A DNA stretch of 64,000 nucleotides from an uncultured Myxococcales bacterium (lineage in GTDB: Bacteria; Myxococcota_A; UBA9042; DTJE01). A program made the translations under genes and the position numbers. Positions 37,963 through 47,119 of this stretch are shown here, one piece after another (within the stretch, counting starts at the first letter, position 1; every line of letters starts with the position of its first letter). The stretch is from the NCBI GenBank assembly GCA_937975765.1, contig CALJUR010000081.1, positions 1,706 through 65,705 on the forward strand, given 5' to 3'. The notes under the pieces are model-generated. The model was not told where the DNA came from, ran no database searches, and saw only the letters and a list, made by a program, of their open reading frames with translations.

Positions 37963-38901
37963 TCACGACTGCGTCAGGCGCTGGAAGATCGTCTCCAGGT
38001 CCAGGCGCTCGCGGCGCAGTTCCAGCAGCGCCCATCCCGACTTCACGGCCAGGTCGAAGATCGCCGGCCGCAGGTCCGCGTCGCCGGTCGCCTCGACTCG
38101 CAGGGGCTCGCCAGCCGCGCCGGGCCGGTCCGCGGGCAGCACGGACTTCACTCCGGGCAGCCGCGCCAGCAGGTCGGCCGGGGGCCGGGCGCCCTCCCGG
38201 ACGTCCACCTCGACCAGGAAGTTGTTGTTCCCGCCGTGGGCCGCGCTGATCGACCCGGGCGTGCCGTTGGCCACCAGCCGCCCCCGGTGGATCAGCAGGA
38301 TGCGGTTGCAGGTGGCGGTGACCTCGGGCAGGTTGTGCGTGGACAGGATGACGGTCCGGTCCTTGCCCAGGTCCTTGATCAGCGCCCGGATCTCCACGAT
38401 CTGGTTCGGGTCCAGGCCGGAGGTCGGCTCGTCCAGGATCAGGATCTCCGGGTCGTGGATCATCGCCTGCGCCAGGCCGGTACGCTGCCGGTAGCCCTTG
38501 GACAGCGTGCCGATCTCCTGGTCCAGCACGTTCACGATGCCGACCCGCAAGGCCACGTCGTTCAGGCGCCGCGCGATGTCCGCCTTCGTGATGCCGCGCA
38601 CGCCCGCCACGAACGCCAGGTACTCCCGGACGGTCATGTCCGGGTAGACCGGCGCGTTCTCGGGCAGGTAGCCGATGCGCCGGCGGACCTCGACGCCGTC
38701 CTCGACCACGTCCTTGCCGTCCACGGTCACCGAACCGGAGGTCGCGGCGATGAAGCCTGTGACGATCTTCATGCACGTGGTCTTCCCGGCGCCGTTCGGC
38801 CCCAGGAAGCCCACGACCTCGCCGCGCTGGACGGAGAACGACACCCCGCCCAGGGCACGGATCGGACCGTAGTCCTTCACCAGGTTCTGGACTTCGATCA
38901 T
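37963..38901 (-). CDS. ABC transporter ATP-binding protein (GldA-like)
   Basis: Walker A GPNGAGKTT, ABC signature LSKGYRQR, Walker B ILILDEP and the H-loop. Confidence 0.9.
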   Translation of the reverse strand: MIEVQNLVKDYGPIRALGGVSFSVQRGEVVGFLGPNGAGKTTCMKIVTGFIAATSGSVTVDGKDVVEDGVEVRRRIGYLPENAPVYPDMTVREYLAFVAGVRGITKADIARRLNDVALRVGIVNVLDQEIGTLSKGYRQRTGLAQAMIHDPEILILDEPTSGLDPNQIVEIRALIKDLGKDRTVILSTHNLPEVTATCNRILLIHRGRLVANGTPGSISAAHGGNNNFLVEVDVREGARPPADLLARLPGVKSVLPADRPGAAGEPLRVEATGDADLRPAIFDLAVKSGWALLELRRERLDLETIFQRLTQS

Positions 38902-39189
38902 GGATGACTCCTCATGCTTTCGCGCGCCAACGAGCGCCGAACGAACACCGAGGGGCGGAGATTATTCCTCGCGCGCGCGGAGATCAAGCGTTCCTCCCCG
39001 CCCCGACAAATAGGGACAGCCTCCAATTTCCGGGGTGTTTGCTGGATCCGGATATCCGCAATACCCGCTGGTTGCGTCCGCATCGACGGCGACCTGCCCC
39101 GGGTTTCCAGGCACCGGGAAAAGGGAGGCTGGCCCCGTTTCCCCAGACCGGGACAGGCGGCCCCCTTGCAGGGCGCCCGGGACGGCCTC

Positions 39190-39234
39190 TTGACCCCGGG
39201 GCGATTCCGACTAGACTGACACGTCATTCTAGTC
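39190..39234 (+). promoter_or_regulatory. Candidate sigma70-like promoter (TTGACC-16-TAGACT) overlapped by a 26-bp imperfect palindrome, GACTAGActgacacgtcatTCTAGTC; possible TetR operator
   Basis: Seen in sequence about 55 nt upstream of the activase ATG (39290). The palindrome has outer 7-bp perfect arms. Confidence 0.3.
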
Positions 39235-39289
39235 ATGCGCCGCCGTCCGGTGGGCGGCCGGCCGCGCATGCCTCCAGGAGGACCACAGC

Positions 39290-42200
39290 ATGGGCGATGC
39301 CCGTTTCATCGGTTTCGACGTGGGAGCGGAGTACCTGAAGGCGGCCGAGATCCGGATCGGCGACGGGGGGGCCCGGTGCGGGAGGACCTGGGAGGCCGAT
39401 CACGGCAAGGACCCGGCCGGGGCGATCGCACGGCTGCTGCCGCAACTGGAATGGGAGGAGGTCGCGGCGGCCGGCGTGACGGGCCGCATGGCGCCGGCGC
39501 TGGACCTTCCGCGCATCCCGCTGAAGGCGGTGCTGGCAGCGGGCCTTCAACTGCTGCATCCGGGGCAGGCCGACATGACCGTCGTGTCCATCGGCGCCCA
39601 GGGGTTCTTCGTGGCCGAGGTCGTGGGCGGACATGTGCGCAGCCTGCGCGAGAACTCGCGATGTTCGCAGGGCACCGGCAACTTCCTGCGCCAGCTGGTG
39701 GAGCGCTTCGGGCTGTCCGTCGCGGAGGCGGACCGGCTGTGCGAGGGCATCGCCGAGCCCTGCCCGCTGTCGGGCCGCTGCCCGGTGATCCTGAAGACCG
39801 ACATGACCCACCTGGCGAACCGGGGCGAGGGACGCGACCGCATCCTGGCCGGCCTGTACGACGCGGTGTGCGAGAACGTGCAGACGCTGGTCCGCTGGCA
39901 GGAGTCGCCGCGGGCGCTGCTGCTGCTGGGCGGGGTCGCCCGATCCGCCCGGATCCGCGACCACTTCGCCCGGCAGGCGCACCTGCACGGGCTTCGGATG
40001 GTCGGGGCCAGGGACGGCCAGGACGCGTTCCTGCCGGCCTTCGGCGCCGCGGTGATGGCCCGGCACGAGGGAAGCGCCGTGGCGGCCGACCGGCTCCTGG
40101 CCCCGCGGCCTCCGCGCGCCTTCGAGACGTTCCCGGGGCTGGCGGAGTCGCTGCCGCAGGTCCTCCGGATGAAGGCGGAGGTCCGGCCCGACGACGACCG
40201 GCCGCACGACGTGGTGGTGGGGTTCGACATCGGCAGCACCGGGTCGAAGGCCCTGGCGCTGGACCTGCAGTCCCGGCAGCCGGTCTGGCAGGCGTGGCGC
40301 AGGACGATGGGGGACCCGGTGGGCGCGGCGCGCGGCCTGGTGTCCACGTTCCTGGACGAGACCGCGGGCCGGCACCGGGTGATGGGCGTGGCGGCGACGG
40401 GGTCGGGACGCGAGATCGTCGGGTCGCTGCTGGCCGCCTGCTTCGACCCGTCGCGGGTGTTCGTGCTGAACGAGATCGCCGCGCACGCCGAGGGGGCGCT
40501 GCACCACGACTCCGAGGTGGACACGATCTTCGAGATCGGCGGGCAGGACGCGAAGTACATCCGGCTGGACCACGGCCGCATCACCGACGCGGCGATGAAC
40601 GAGGCGTGCAGCGCGGGCACCGGCTCGTTCATCGAGGAGCAGGGGAACCGGTTCGAGGGGGCCGGGGACGTCGCGGCGATCGCGCGCGCGGCCCTGCATG
40701 CCGGGCACGGGGTGTCACTGGGCCAGCACTGCTCGGTGTTCATGGCCGAACTGATCGACCAGGCGGTCGCGGCGGGCCAGCCCCGGGACGCGATCCTGGC
40801 CGGCCTGTTCGACTCGGTCGTGCAGAACTACGTCAAGCGGGTCAAGGGGACGCGGTCGATCGGGCGGCGCATCTTCTGCCAGGGGATGCCCTTCCAGTCG
40901 GACGCCCTGGCGGCGGCGGTGGCGCGTCACACGGGCCGGACGGTGGTCGTTCCGCCGGACCCGGGGACGGTCGGGGCGCTGGGGATCGCGCTGCTGGCCC
41001 TGAAGGAGGGCGTGCAGGACGGCGCGCCGCTGGCCCTGGACCGGCTGCTGCAGGCCCGCGTGGAATCCCGCGACACCTTCGTCTGCCCGTCTACGCAAGG
41101 GTGCGGCGGCGCGGGCAACCGCTGCCGGATCGACCGGCTGGACGTCGCGCTGCCGGACGCGAAGCGGCGGTTCACGTGGGGCGGCAACTGCTCGATGTAC
41201 GACCGCGGGACGCGCCGGCGCCGGCTTCCGGACGGCGCCCCGGACCCGTTCGCGCAGCGCGAGGCGGCGGTCCGGCAGGTGCTGGACGGGCTGGACGGGG
41301 AGCCCGGACGGCCGGTCGTCGCGATGACGGACGAGTTCGCACTGAAGGGGCTGATCCCGTTCTTCGCGACGTTCGCGAACCGGCTGGGCTTCGACGTGCG
41401 GGTACACCGGGGCGGCGACCGGGAGGACCTGAAGCGCGGCATCGAGCAGGCGAACGTACCGTGGTGCGCCCCGATGCAACTGTTCCACGGGGTGGTGCGC
41501 GGCATGCTGGACGCCCGCCCGGACGTGCTGCTGGTCCCGATGATCATCGACCTGCCGCACCATGGGGACGAGCCGTACTCGGTGACCTGCCCCATCGTGC
41601 AGGCGGCGCCGGGCGTGATCCGCGAGGCCTTCTTCCGGGAGGCGCGGCTGACCCGGCTGGTGGCGCCGGTGATCCGGATGGCGTCGGCGGGGCTGGACGC
41701 CGACGATTTCCGGGGGTCCTGCCGGGAACTGGCCGCCGAACTGGGCCGGCCGGAGCGCTGGGAGGCCGCGTACCGGACCGCGCGCGAGGCCCAGCGGCGG
41801 TTCGACGAGGCGTGCCGGGAGATCGGGCGGCAGGCGCTGGCCTTCGCGCGGGAGAAGGGCGTGGTGCCGGTGGTCGTGCAGGGGCGCGCGTACACGATCC
41901 ACAACGACGTGCTGAACTCGAACGTGCCGGCGCTGCTGCGGAAGCAGGGGGCGCTGGGGATCCCGGTGGACTGCCTGCCGGTGCCGGACCAAGTCCCGGT
42001 CTTCCACGACATCTACTGGCACTATGCCCAGGCGAACCTGCGCGCGTCGCATCACGTCCGCCGCACCGAGGGGGTGTACAGCGTCTTCTGCAGCAACTAC
42101 GCGTGCGGGCCGGACAGCTTCAACCTGCACTTCCACGCCTACGCGATGGAGAACAAGCCGCACGTCGTGATCGAGACGGACGGCCACTCCGGAGACGCCG

Positions 42201-43717
42201 GGACGGCCACGCGCATCGAGGCCTTCCTGCACTGCGTGGAGGCCGACCTGAAGGTGCCGGCCGCCGAGCGCAGGCGGCGACGCGTGAACCGCTTCCGTGC
42301 GCTGGAGCAGGAGAAGCAGGACCTGGCGGAGACGCGCCGGCGGGGCGACGTGCTGCTGATCAACCCGATGGGGGTGGGCGCGCCGGCGACCGCGGCGATG
42401 CTGCGGTCCGAGGGCATGAAGGCCGAGGTGCTGCCGCTGCCGGACCGCGAGGCGCTGGAACTGGGCCGGCGCTACACGTCGGGCAAGGAGTGTCTGCCGA
42501 TGACCATCACGCTGGGCAGCGTGCTGCAGCGCCTGCAGCGCGAACGCGACACGGACGAGACGTTCGCGCTGCTGATGCCCACGGCCGGCGGGCCCTGCCG
42601 GTTCGGCGCCTACAACCTGCTGCACAAGATCGCCTTCGAGCAGGCGGGCTGGAAGGACCGGATCCGCATCGTGTCGCCGGACGACAACGACTACTTCGCC
42701 GGCCTGCCGGCAGACTTCCAGTTGCGGCTGTGGTTCGCGATGGTGGGGGCGGACCTGCTGCTGGCGGCGCTGCATCACGTGCGCCCGGTCGAGAAGGAGA
42801 AGGGGGCGGCCGACCAGGTCTTCCGGCGCCGCTACGCCGAGCTGATCCGGCTGCTGGAGCGGCCCCGGGCCGGCAACTTGGCGCGCACCCTGCGGGAGGC
42901 GGGGCGCGGCATGTACGGCATCCGCGACGTCGTGCGGGGGGCGGCGCGCGAACTGGCCGCGCTGGCGGACCGGACCCGCGACGTGCCGACCGTGGCCGTC
43001 GTGGGCGAGATCTACGTGCGGCTGGACCCGTTCGCGAACGACTTCGTCGTCGAGCGGCTGGAGAAGGCCGGGGTACGGGCACGGCTGGCCCCCTTCAACG
43101 AGTGGATCGAGTACACGGCCTGGACACGCAAGTACCGGATGCGGCACGACCGGCTGGTCGCGGGCGAGACGCCCCTGGAGATCCACGTATCCGCGGCGCT
43201 CCAGGAGGCGGCGCTGGACCACCTGTACGACGAGGTGGCCGGCGTGCTGGGCTGGCCCCGCCGCACGCGCGTCCCGGAGGCCGTTCACGCGGGGCGCCGG
43301 TACGTGTCCGAGGACCTGCTGGGAGAGGCGATCCTGACGGTCGGGGGCCCGATCCACGAGTACGTGCAGGGGGAGATCGACGGCGTGGTCAGCGTGGGCC
43401 CCCTGGAGTGCATGCCGAACAAGATCGCCGAGTCCCACTTCCTGCACGCCGCCCAGGACACGGGACTGCCGTCGCTGACGCTGGCGCTGAACGGCGACCC
43501 GCTGGACGACCGCTCGATCGAGGACTTCGTCTTCGAGGTCCGCGAGCGGGCGGCGCGGCGACGGAAGTCCCTGGCGCGGATGCGTCCCCCGCGCCTGGCC
43601 GACCTGCGGCGCGCTGCCGGGTCGATGCTGGTCCGCAAGGTGCTGTCGTGGGTCCCGGCGCTGCCGCCCGCGCCGCCGCCCGACCGATCGCGGGTCGACC
43701 GGCGCAAGACGGCTTGA
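39290..43717 (+). CDS. Double BadF/BcrA/HgdC-type ATPase (CoA-substrate-specific enzyme activase) fused to a 2-hydroxyacyl-CoA-dehydratase-like domain
   Basis: Two actin-like ATPase modules each carry the activase cluster-ligand motif C-S-x-G-T-G (ENSRCSQGTGNF and NEACSAGTGSF) and GFDVGAEY / GFDIGSTGSK phosphate loops. A C-terminal region of about 850 aa has conserved Cys residues. The alternative-frame ORF 39235..43821 lacks motifs. Confidence 0.8.
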   Translation: MGDARFIGFDVGAEYLKAAEIRIGDGGARCGRTWEADHGKDPAGAIARLLPQLEWEEVAAAGVTGRMAPALDLPRIPLKAVLAAGLQLLHPGQADMTVVSIGAQGFFVAEVVGGHVRSLRENSRCSQGTGNFLRQLVERFGLSVAEADRLCEGIAEPCPLSGRCPVILKTDMTHLANRGEGRDRILAGLYDAVCENVQTLVRWQESPRALLLLGGVARSARIRDHFARQAHLHGLRMVGARDGQDAFLPAFGAAVMARHEGSAVAADRLLAPRPPRAFETFPGLAESLPQVLRMKAEVRPDDDRPHDVVVGFDIGSTGSKALALDLQSRQPVWQAWRRTMGDPVGAARGLVSTFLDETAGRHRVMGVAATGSGREIVGSLLAACFDPSRVFVLNEIAAHAEGALHHDSEVDTIFEIGGQDAKYIRLDHGRITDAAMNEACSAGTGSFIEEQGNRFEGAGDVAAIARAALHAGHGVSLGQHCSVFMAELIDQAVAAGQPRDAILAGLFDSVVQNYVKRVKGTRSIGRRIFCQGMPFQSDALAAAVARHTGRTVVVPPDPGTVGALGIALLALKEGVQDGAPLALDRLLQARVESRDTFVCPSTQGCGGAGNRCRIDRLDVALPDAKRRFTWGGNCSMYDRGTRRRRLPDGAPDPFAQREAAVRQVLDGLDGEPGRPVVAMTDEFALKGLIPFFATFANRLGFDVRVHRGGDREDLKRGIEQANVPWCAPMQLFHGVVRGMLDARPDVLLVPMIIDLPHHGDEPYSVTCPIVQAAPGVIREAFFREARLTRLVAPVIRMASAGLDADDFRGSCRELAAELGRPERWEAAYRTAREAQRRFDEACREIGRQALAFAREKGVVPVVVQGRAYTIHNDVLNSNVPALLRKQGALGIPVDCLPVPDQVPVFHDIYWHYAQANLRASHHVRRTEGVYSVFCSNYACGPDSFNLHFHAYAMENKPHVVIETDGHSGDAGTATRIEAFLHCVEADLKVPAAERRRRRVNRFRALEQEKQDLAETRRRGDVLLINPMGVGAPATAAMLRSEGMKAEVLPLPDREALELGRRYTSGKECLPMTITLGSVLQRLQRERDTDETFALLMPTAGGPCRFGAYNLLHKIAFEQAGWKDRIRIVSPDDNDYFAGLPADFQLRLWFAMVGADLLLAALHHVRPVEKEKGAADQVFRRRYAELIRLLERPRAGNLARTLREAGRGMYGIRDVVRGAARELAALADRTRDVPTVAVVGEIYVRLDPFANDFVVERLEKAGVRARLAPFNEWIEYTAWTRKYRMRHDRLVAGETPLEIHVSAALQEAALDHLYDEVAGVLGWPRRTRVPEAVHAGRRYVSEDLLGEAILTVGGPIHEYVQGEIDGVVSVGPLECMPNKIAESHFLHAAQDTGLPSLTLALNGDPLDDRSIEDFVFEVRERAARRRKSLARMRPPRLADLRRAAGSMLVRKVLSWVPALPPAPPPDRSRVDRRKTA

Positions 43718-43766
43718 CGTCCGCCCGTCAACCGCGGTACGGACGGATCCGGCGGAGGCAGAGACC

Positions 43767-44381
43767 GTGGCCGGGGTCAGCAGGGCGGATCGTCGCGAAC
43801 AGATCATCGAGGCCGCCCTGACCGTCTTCGCGGACAAGGGCTACCACCCGGCCGGCGTGGCCGACATCATCCAGCAGACCGGCATCGCCCGCGGCACGTT
43901 CTACCTGTACTTCACGGGGAAGCGGGCGGTGTTCGATGCGGTGCTGGACGAGATCTTCCTGCGAATCCTGGAACAGTTGCACCCGGTGAAGGTGCCCGAC
44001 CCCTGGGACGAGCAGGTGGTGATCGACCAGGTGCGCGGCAACGCCCAGCGGCTGGCGCGCCTGATGCTGGCCAACCCCCGCAGCGTGCGGGTGCTGTTCG
44101 GCGAGGCGGCGGGACTGGACCGCGAGGCCAGTGCGCGGCTGTCGGGGTTCTACGACCGGCTGGGCCACTGGGTGGGCGAGTCGCTGCAGGAGGGCATCCG
44201 GCTGGGGATCGTGCGGCCCTGCGACACGCTGGTGACGGCGCACGCCCTGATCGGCGCGCTGCGCGGCATGCTGTGGGCCTGGGCCGTCGGGCTGGTGCCG
44301 CTGGACGAGGCCACCCTGGTCGAGGAGACGCTGCGGCTGACCCGCGAGGGCGTGCTGCGGACCCGCGACCGCCCCGCCTAA
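43767..44381 (+). CDS. TetR/AcrR family transcriptional regulator (GTG start)
   Basis: N-terminal HTH EQIIEAALTVFADKGYHPAGVADIIQQTGIARGTFYLYF. It lies 50 nt downstream of the activase gene on the same strand. Confidence 0.8.
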   Translation: MAGVSRADRREQIIEAALTVFADKGYHPAGVADIIQQTGIARGTFYLYFTGKRAVFDAVLDEIFLRILEQLHPVKVPDPWDEQVVIDQVRGNAQRLARLMLANPRSVRVLFGEAAGLDREASARLSGFYDRLGHWVGESLQEGIRLGIVRPCDTLVTAHALIGALRGMLWAWAVGLVPLDEATLVEETLRLTREGVLRTRDRPA

Positions 44382-44526
44382 TTCAGGCGTAATTCAGGGA
44401 CAGTCACCATTATTGTTAAGACATCCCATTGGATTTGTTCATAAACACCCAAGTCGGACAATACTATCTTATAAAATCCATATGTTAGCCTACGAATAAT
44501 GGTGACTGTCCCTGAATTCCTGAATT
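44380..44526. repeat. AT-rich 147-bp element bounded by 32-35 bp inverted repeats (perfect 23-bp core), each arm ending in tandem AATTCAGG octamers; MITE-like element or an unusual long-stem hairpin
   Basis: Seen directly. The left arm is aattcaggcgtaattcagggacagtcaccattatt (44380-44414). The right arm is aataatggtgactgtccctgaattcctgaatt (44495-44526). An 80-nt loop of visibly low GC sits between them. The element begins 1 nt inside the TetR stop codon and ends 24 nt before the stop of the convergent porin gene. Confidence 0.6.
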
Positions 44527-44550
44527 GTGAGCTGCGCCTGAACCGGGGGG

Positions 44551-45780
44551 TCAGAAGAACAACTGGGCCTGGGTGGTGAAGCACTTGATCCAGGGCGCGG
44601 AGGCCAGGTTGCCGGTCTTCTGCGCGCCGAACTCCGTCTTGACGTTGACCGCCGCGTTGCGGATCCAGAAGTTCAGCCCGCCCTTCACCACCAGGAGGTC
44701 GCGGTCCTCCTGCCGGCCGCGGAACCAGTCCACCGAGAACACCGGCTCGAAGAAGGACCACCGGTAGCCCACCTCGCCCAGCAGCCCGATGCCGGAATTG
44801 CGCGACGGGACGACGCGGCGGGTCCCGTCCCCGTCGTACTTCAGCTCGTTGCCGTGGTCGTACCAGAAAAGGCCCATCATCGCGACGACCTCGTGGTCCT
44901 TGTCCGGGCCGAACGGCACGTCCACGAACACGTCCGCGGAGACCCCCACCGCGTCCCGGACGGTGCCCTTCCTTGCGACCGCCCTCGCGCCGTCCAGGTC
45001 GGACGGGGCGTCCATCACGGCGTCGTGCTGGTAGTCGAAGCCCGCTCCGATCGACAGCGTGGGCGACCTGCCGAACGTGATGCCCTTCGCGAAGAACTCC
45101 GTCTCGGTGCCCAGGATGCTGTAGCGCAGGTGGCCCGCGAACCGCGGCCAGTCCTCGGGGTTCGAGGTCAGCACGGCCTTCCCGGCGGCGTCCTTCAGGA
45201 CCTCGTCCTTCGCGTCCTTCTGCAACGCGGTCTTCTGGGTCCCGTTGAAGACGCCCAGCCGGTACTGCAGCCTGCGGTTCGCAACGTACCCGCGCAACTG
45301 GATACCCAGGTCGCGCAGGTTCTTGTTGGACCCCTCCGGGAGGCGCAGCAGCCCCAGGTGAAAGTCCAGGCCGTTCAGGCCCGGCGCACTCTGGTGGCCG
45401 TGCCGGGCGAAGGGCAGCAGCATCATGCCGGCATCAACCATGAACTCGTCCACGACCTTGAAGGTCACGAACGCGTCGGAAATGATCATCGCGGCGCTCC
45501 AGTCGCCCCCCTTGCCCCAGTTCGGCTGCTCGGTGTCCACGAAGAACGAGATCCCCTTCCAGACGTCGCCCCACAGCAGCATCCGCACGCGCCGCAGGTA
45601 GAAATCCTTGCTCCAGGCGGTTCCGTCGGGCGCGCCCTTCTCCTGGAACTGGGCCTGGAACTGGATCAGGGCCGCCACGTTCAGGTTCGTGTGCTCGCCC
45701 AGGTCGAACTTCCAGGCGAAGGCGGGCGACGAGGCCAGCAGGATCGCCGCGACCGCCACGATGCGGGAGAACCGGTGCAT
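44551..45780 (-). CDS. Outer-membrane beta-barrel porin-like protein
   Basis: The listed 1039-aa ORF is mostly artefact. The in-frame ATG at 45780 gives MHRFSRIVAVAAILLASSPAFA (signal peptide) and a 409-aa protein with alternating amphipathic beta-strands. It ends in aromatic residues (..QAQLFF), typical of OM barrels. GGAG Shine-Dalgarno upstream. Confidence 0.6.
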   Translation of the reverse strand: MHRFSRIVAVAAILLASSPAFAWKFDLGEHTNLNVAALIQFQAQFQEKGAPDGTAWSKDFYLRRVRMLLWGDVWKGISFFVDTEQPNWGKGGDWSAAMIISDAFVTFKVVDEFMVDAGMMLLPFARHGHQSAPGLNGLDFHLGLLRLPEGSNKNLRDLGIQLRGYVANRRLQYRLGVFNGTQKTALQKDAKDEVLKDAAGKAVLTSNPEDWPRFAGHLRYSILGTETEFFAKGITFGRSPTLSIGAGFDYQHDAVMDAPSDLDGARAVARKGTVRDAVGVSADVFVDVPFGPDKDHEVVAMMGLFWYDHGNELKYDGDGTRRVVPSRNSGIGLLGEVGYRWSFFEPVFSVDWFRGRQEDRDLLVVKGGLNFWIRNAAVNVKTEFGAQKTGNLASAPWIKCFTTQAQLFF

Positions 45781-45900
45781 CCGCGACTCCGGGTTCCGGG
45801 GTGGCCGAAGGATACGGCAAGGCGCGCCGCGTTGACAAAGCGGGATCCGTGCGCTCGAATCGAGCCTCCCGACGGACCGGAGGCCCCCATCCGCCGCCCC

Positions 45901-47085
45901 GTGACGCTCCCGGACCCGACGCGGCTGCTGCCGGTGGCCGCGCTGGCCTGCCTGCTGGCGGCGCGATCCCTTCAGGGGGTGCCGTCCGGCCTGCTGTTCG
46001 GGACCGGCCTGCTGCTGCTGGCGGCGTGGCCCGGGGCGCGGCTGGCATCGATGCGGCGGCGCGGGACGATGGCGCCGGGGCGCGAGAACCGCGCGCTGCT
46101 GGTCGCGGTGACGGTTCCGGCGGCGCTGGCCGTGCTGGTGGCGGCCGTGGCGATCCGCGCCCCGGGCGAGCGCAGCGGGTCGCACGTCGTCGAGGACATC
46201 GGCTTCGACCCGGTGCTGGGTCACGGCCCGCTGCCGGTCCCGGGCACCGACCCTTCGACCACCGTGGGCGAGCGCCGGCACGTCCCGGACCCGTCGCGCG
46301 ACCCGGCCCTCCTGCTGGGCGACTCGGTGCTGTTCGGCTGGGGGCTGCCCGACGAGCAGACCGCGGCCCGGTTCCTGGACGGGCGGCTGCCCGGGCTGCA
46401 GGTGCTGAACGCGTCGGTGTCCGGCTACTCCCCCGAACAGTACCTGCTGTACCTGGACGAGATCCTGCGCCGCCCCGGCATGCGCCCGCGCATCGTGGTG
46501 CTGGGCCTGTACGCGGGCAACGACTACCACTCCTGCGGCACCTCCAACTGGCGGGGCCACAGCAAGCCCGTGTACGAGGTGCGGGACGGCGGCATCGCCC
46601 CGTGGCGCTCGGTGACACCCGCCTGGAACTGCGTGGACCTGATGGGCGGCAGCCTGCTGATGAAACCCTTCTGGCGATGGAAGGAAGGTGCCGAAGCCTT
46701 CGTGAACGCCGCGTGCGGCAACCGGGTCCTTCGGGAACCCGAGCACGAGCAGGTGGTGCGGGGGCTGCTGCGGGCGATCCGGGACCGCGCGGAGAAGTCC
46801 GGCACGCGGCTGCTGGTGCTGCTGCTTCCGGACCGGAACGACCTGGACGACCGCGCCACCGAGTACCGGCGGACCCTGTCCCGGCACGACCTGCTGGCCC
46901 GCATCCTGCGCGAGGAGGGGCTGGACGCGGTGGCGTTCGCGGACACCCTGCGGGAACCCGGTCGCGACCTGGACGAGTTGTTCCTGCCCGGGGACGCCGC
47001 GCACTACGCGCCTACCGGCCAGCGCCTGCTGGCCGACGTGCTGGAACGCGAGATCCGGCGCCGGCTGGAGGGCGAGCCGCGTTGA
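45901..47085 (+). CDS. SGNH/GDSL-type hydrolase, membrane-anchored
   Basis: N-terminal hydrophobic segments, then LLLGDSVLFGWG (GDS(L) block) and later DxxH-like catalytic residues. The start is uncertain: GTG 45901, or ATG 46051/46069. Confidence 0.55.
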   Translation: MTLPDPTRLLPVAALACLLAARSLQGVPSGLLFGTGLLLLAAWPGARLASMRRRGTMAPGRENRALLVAVTVPAALAVLVAAVAIRAPGERSGSHVVEDIGFDPVLGHGPLPVPGTDPSTTVGERRHVPDPSRDPALLLGDSVLFGWGLPDEQTAARFLDGRLPGLQVLNASVSGYSPEQYLLYLDEILRRPGMRPRIVVLGLYAGNDYHSCGTSNWRGHSKPVYEVRDGGIAPWRSVTPAWNCVDLMGGSLLMKPFWRWKEGAEAFVNAACGNRVLREPEHEQVVRGLLRAIRDRAEKSGTRLLVLLLPDRNDLDDRATEYRRTLSRHDLLARILREEGLDAVAFADTLREPGRDLDELFLPGDAAHYAPTGQRLLADVLEREIRRRLEGEPR

Positions 47086-47119
47086 CAAGGGCCGCCCGGC
47101 GCGGCATACCGGGGTCATC

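Noticed and set aside
39235-43837. Alternative-frame ORF 39235..43821 (+) and antisense ORF 40715..43837 (-) across the activase gene
   Set aside because: Only the 39290..43717 frame carries the duplicated C-S-x-G-T-G activase motifs and phosphate loops. The others are compositionally biased with no motifs.
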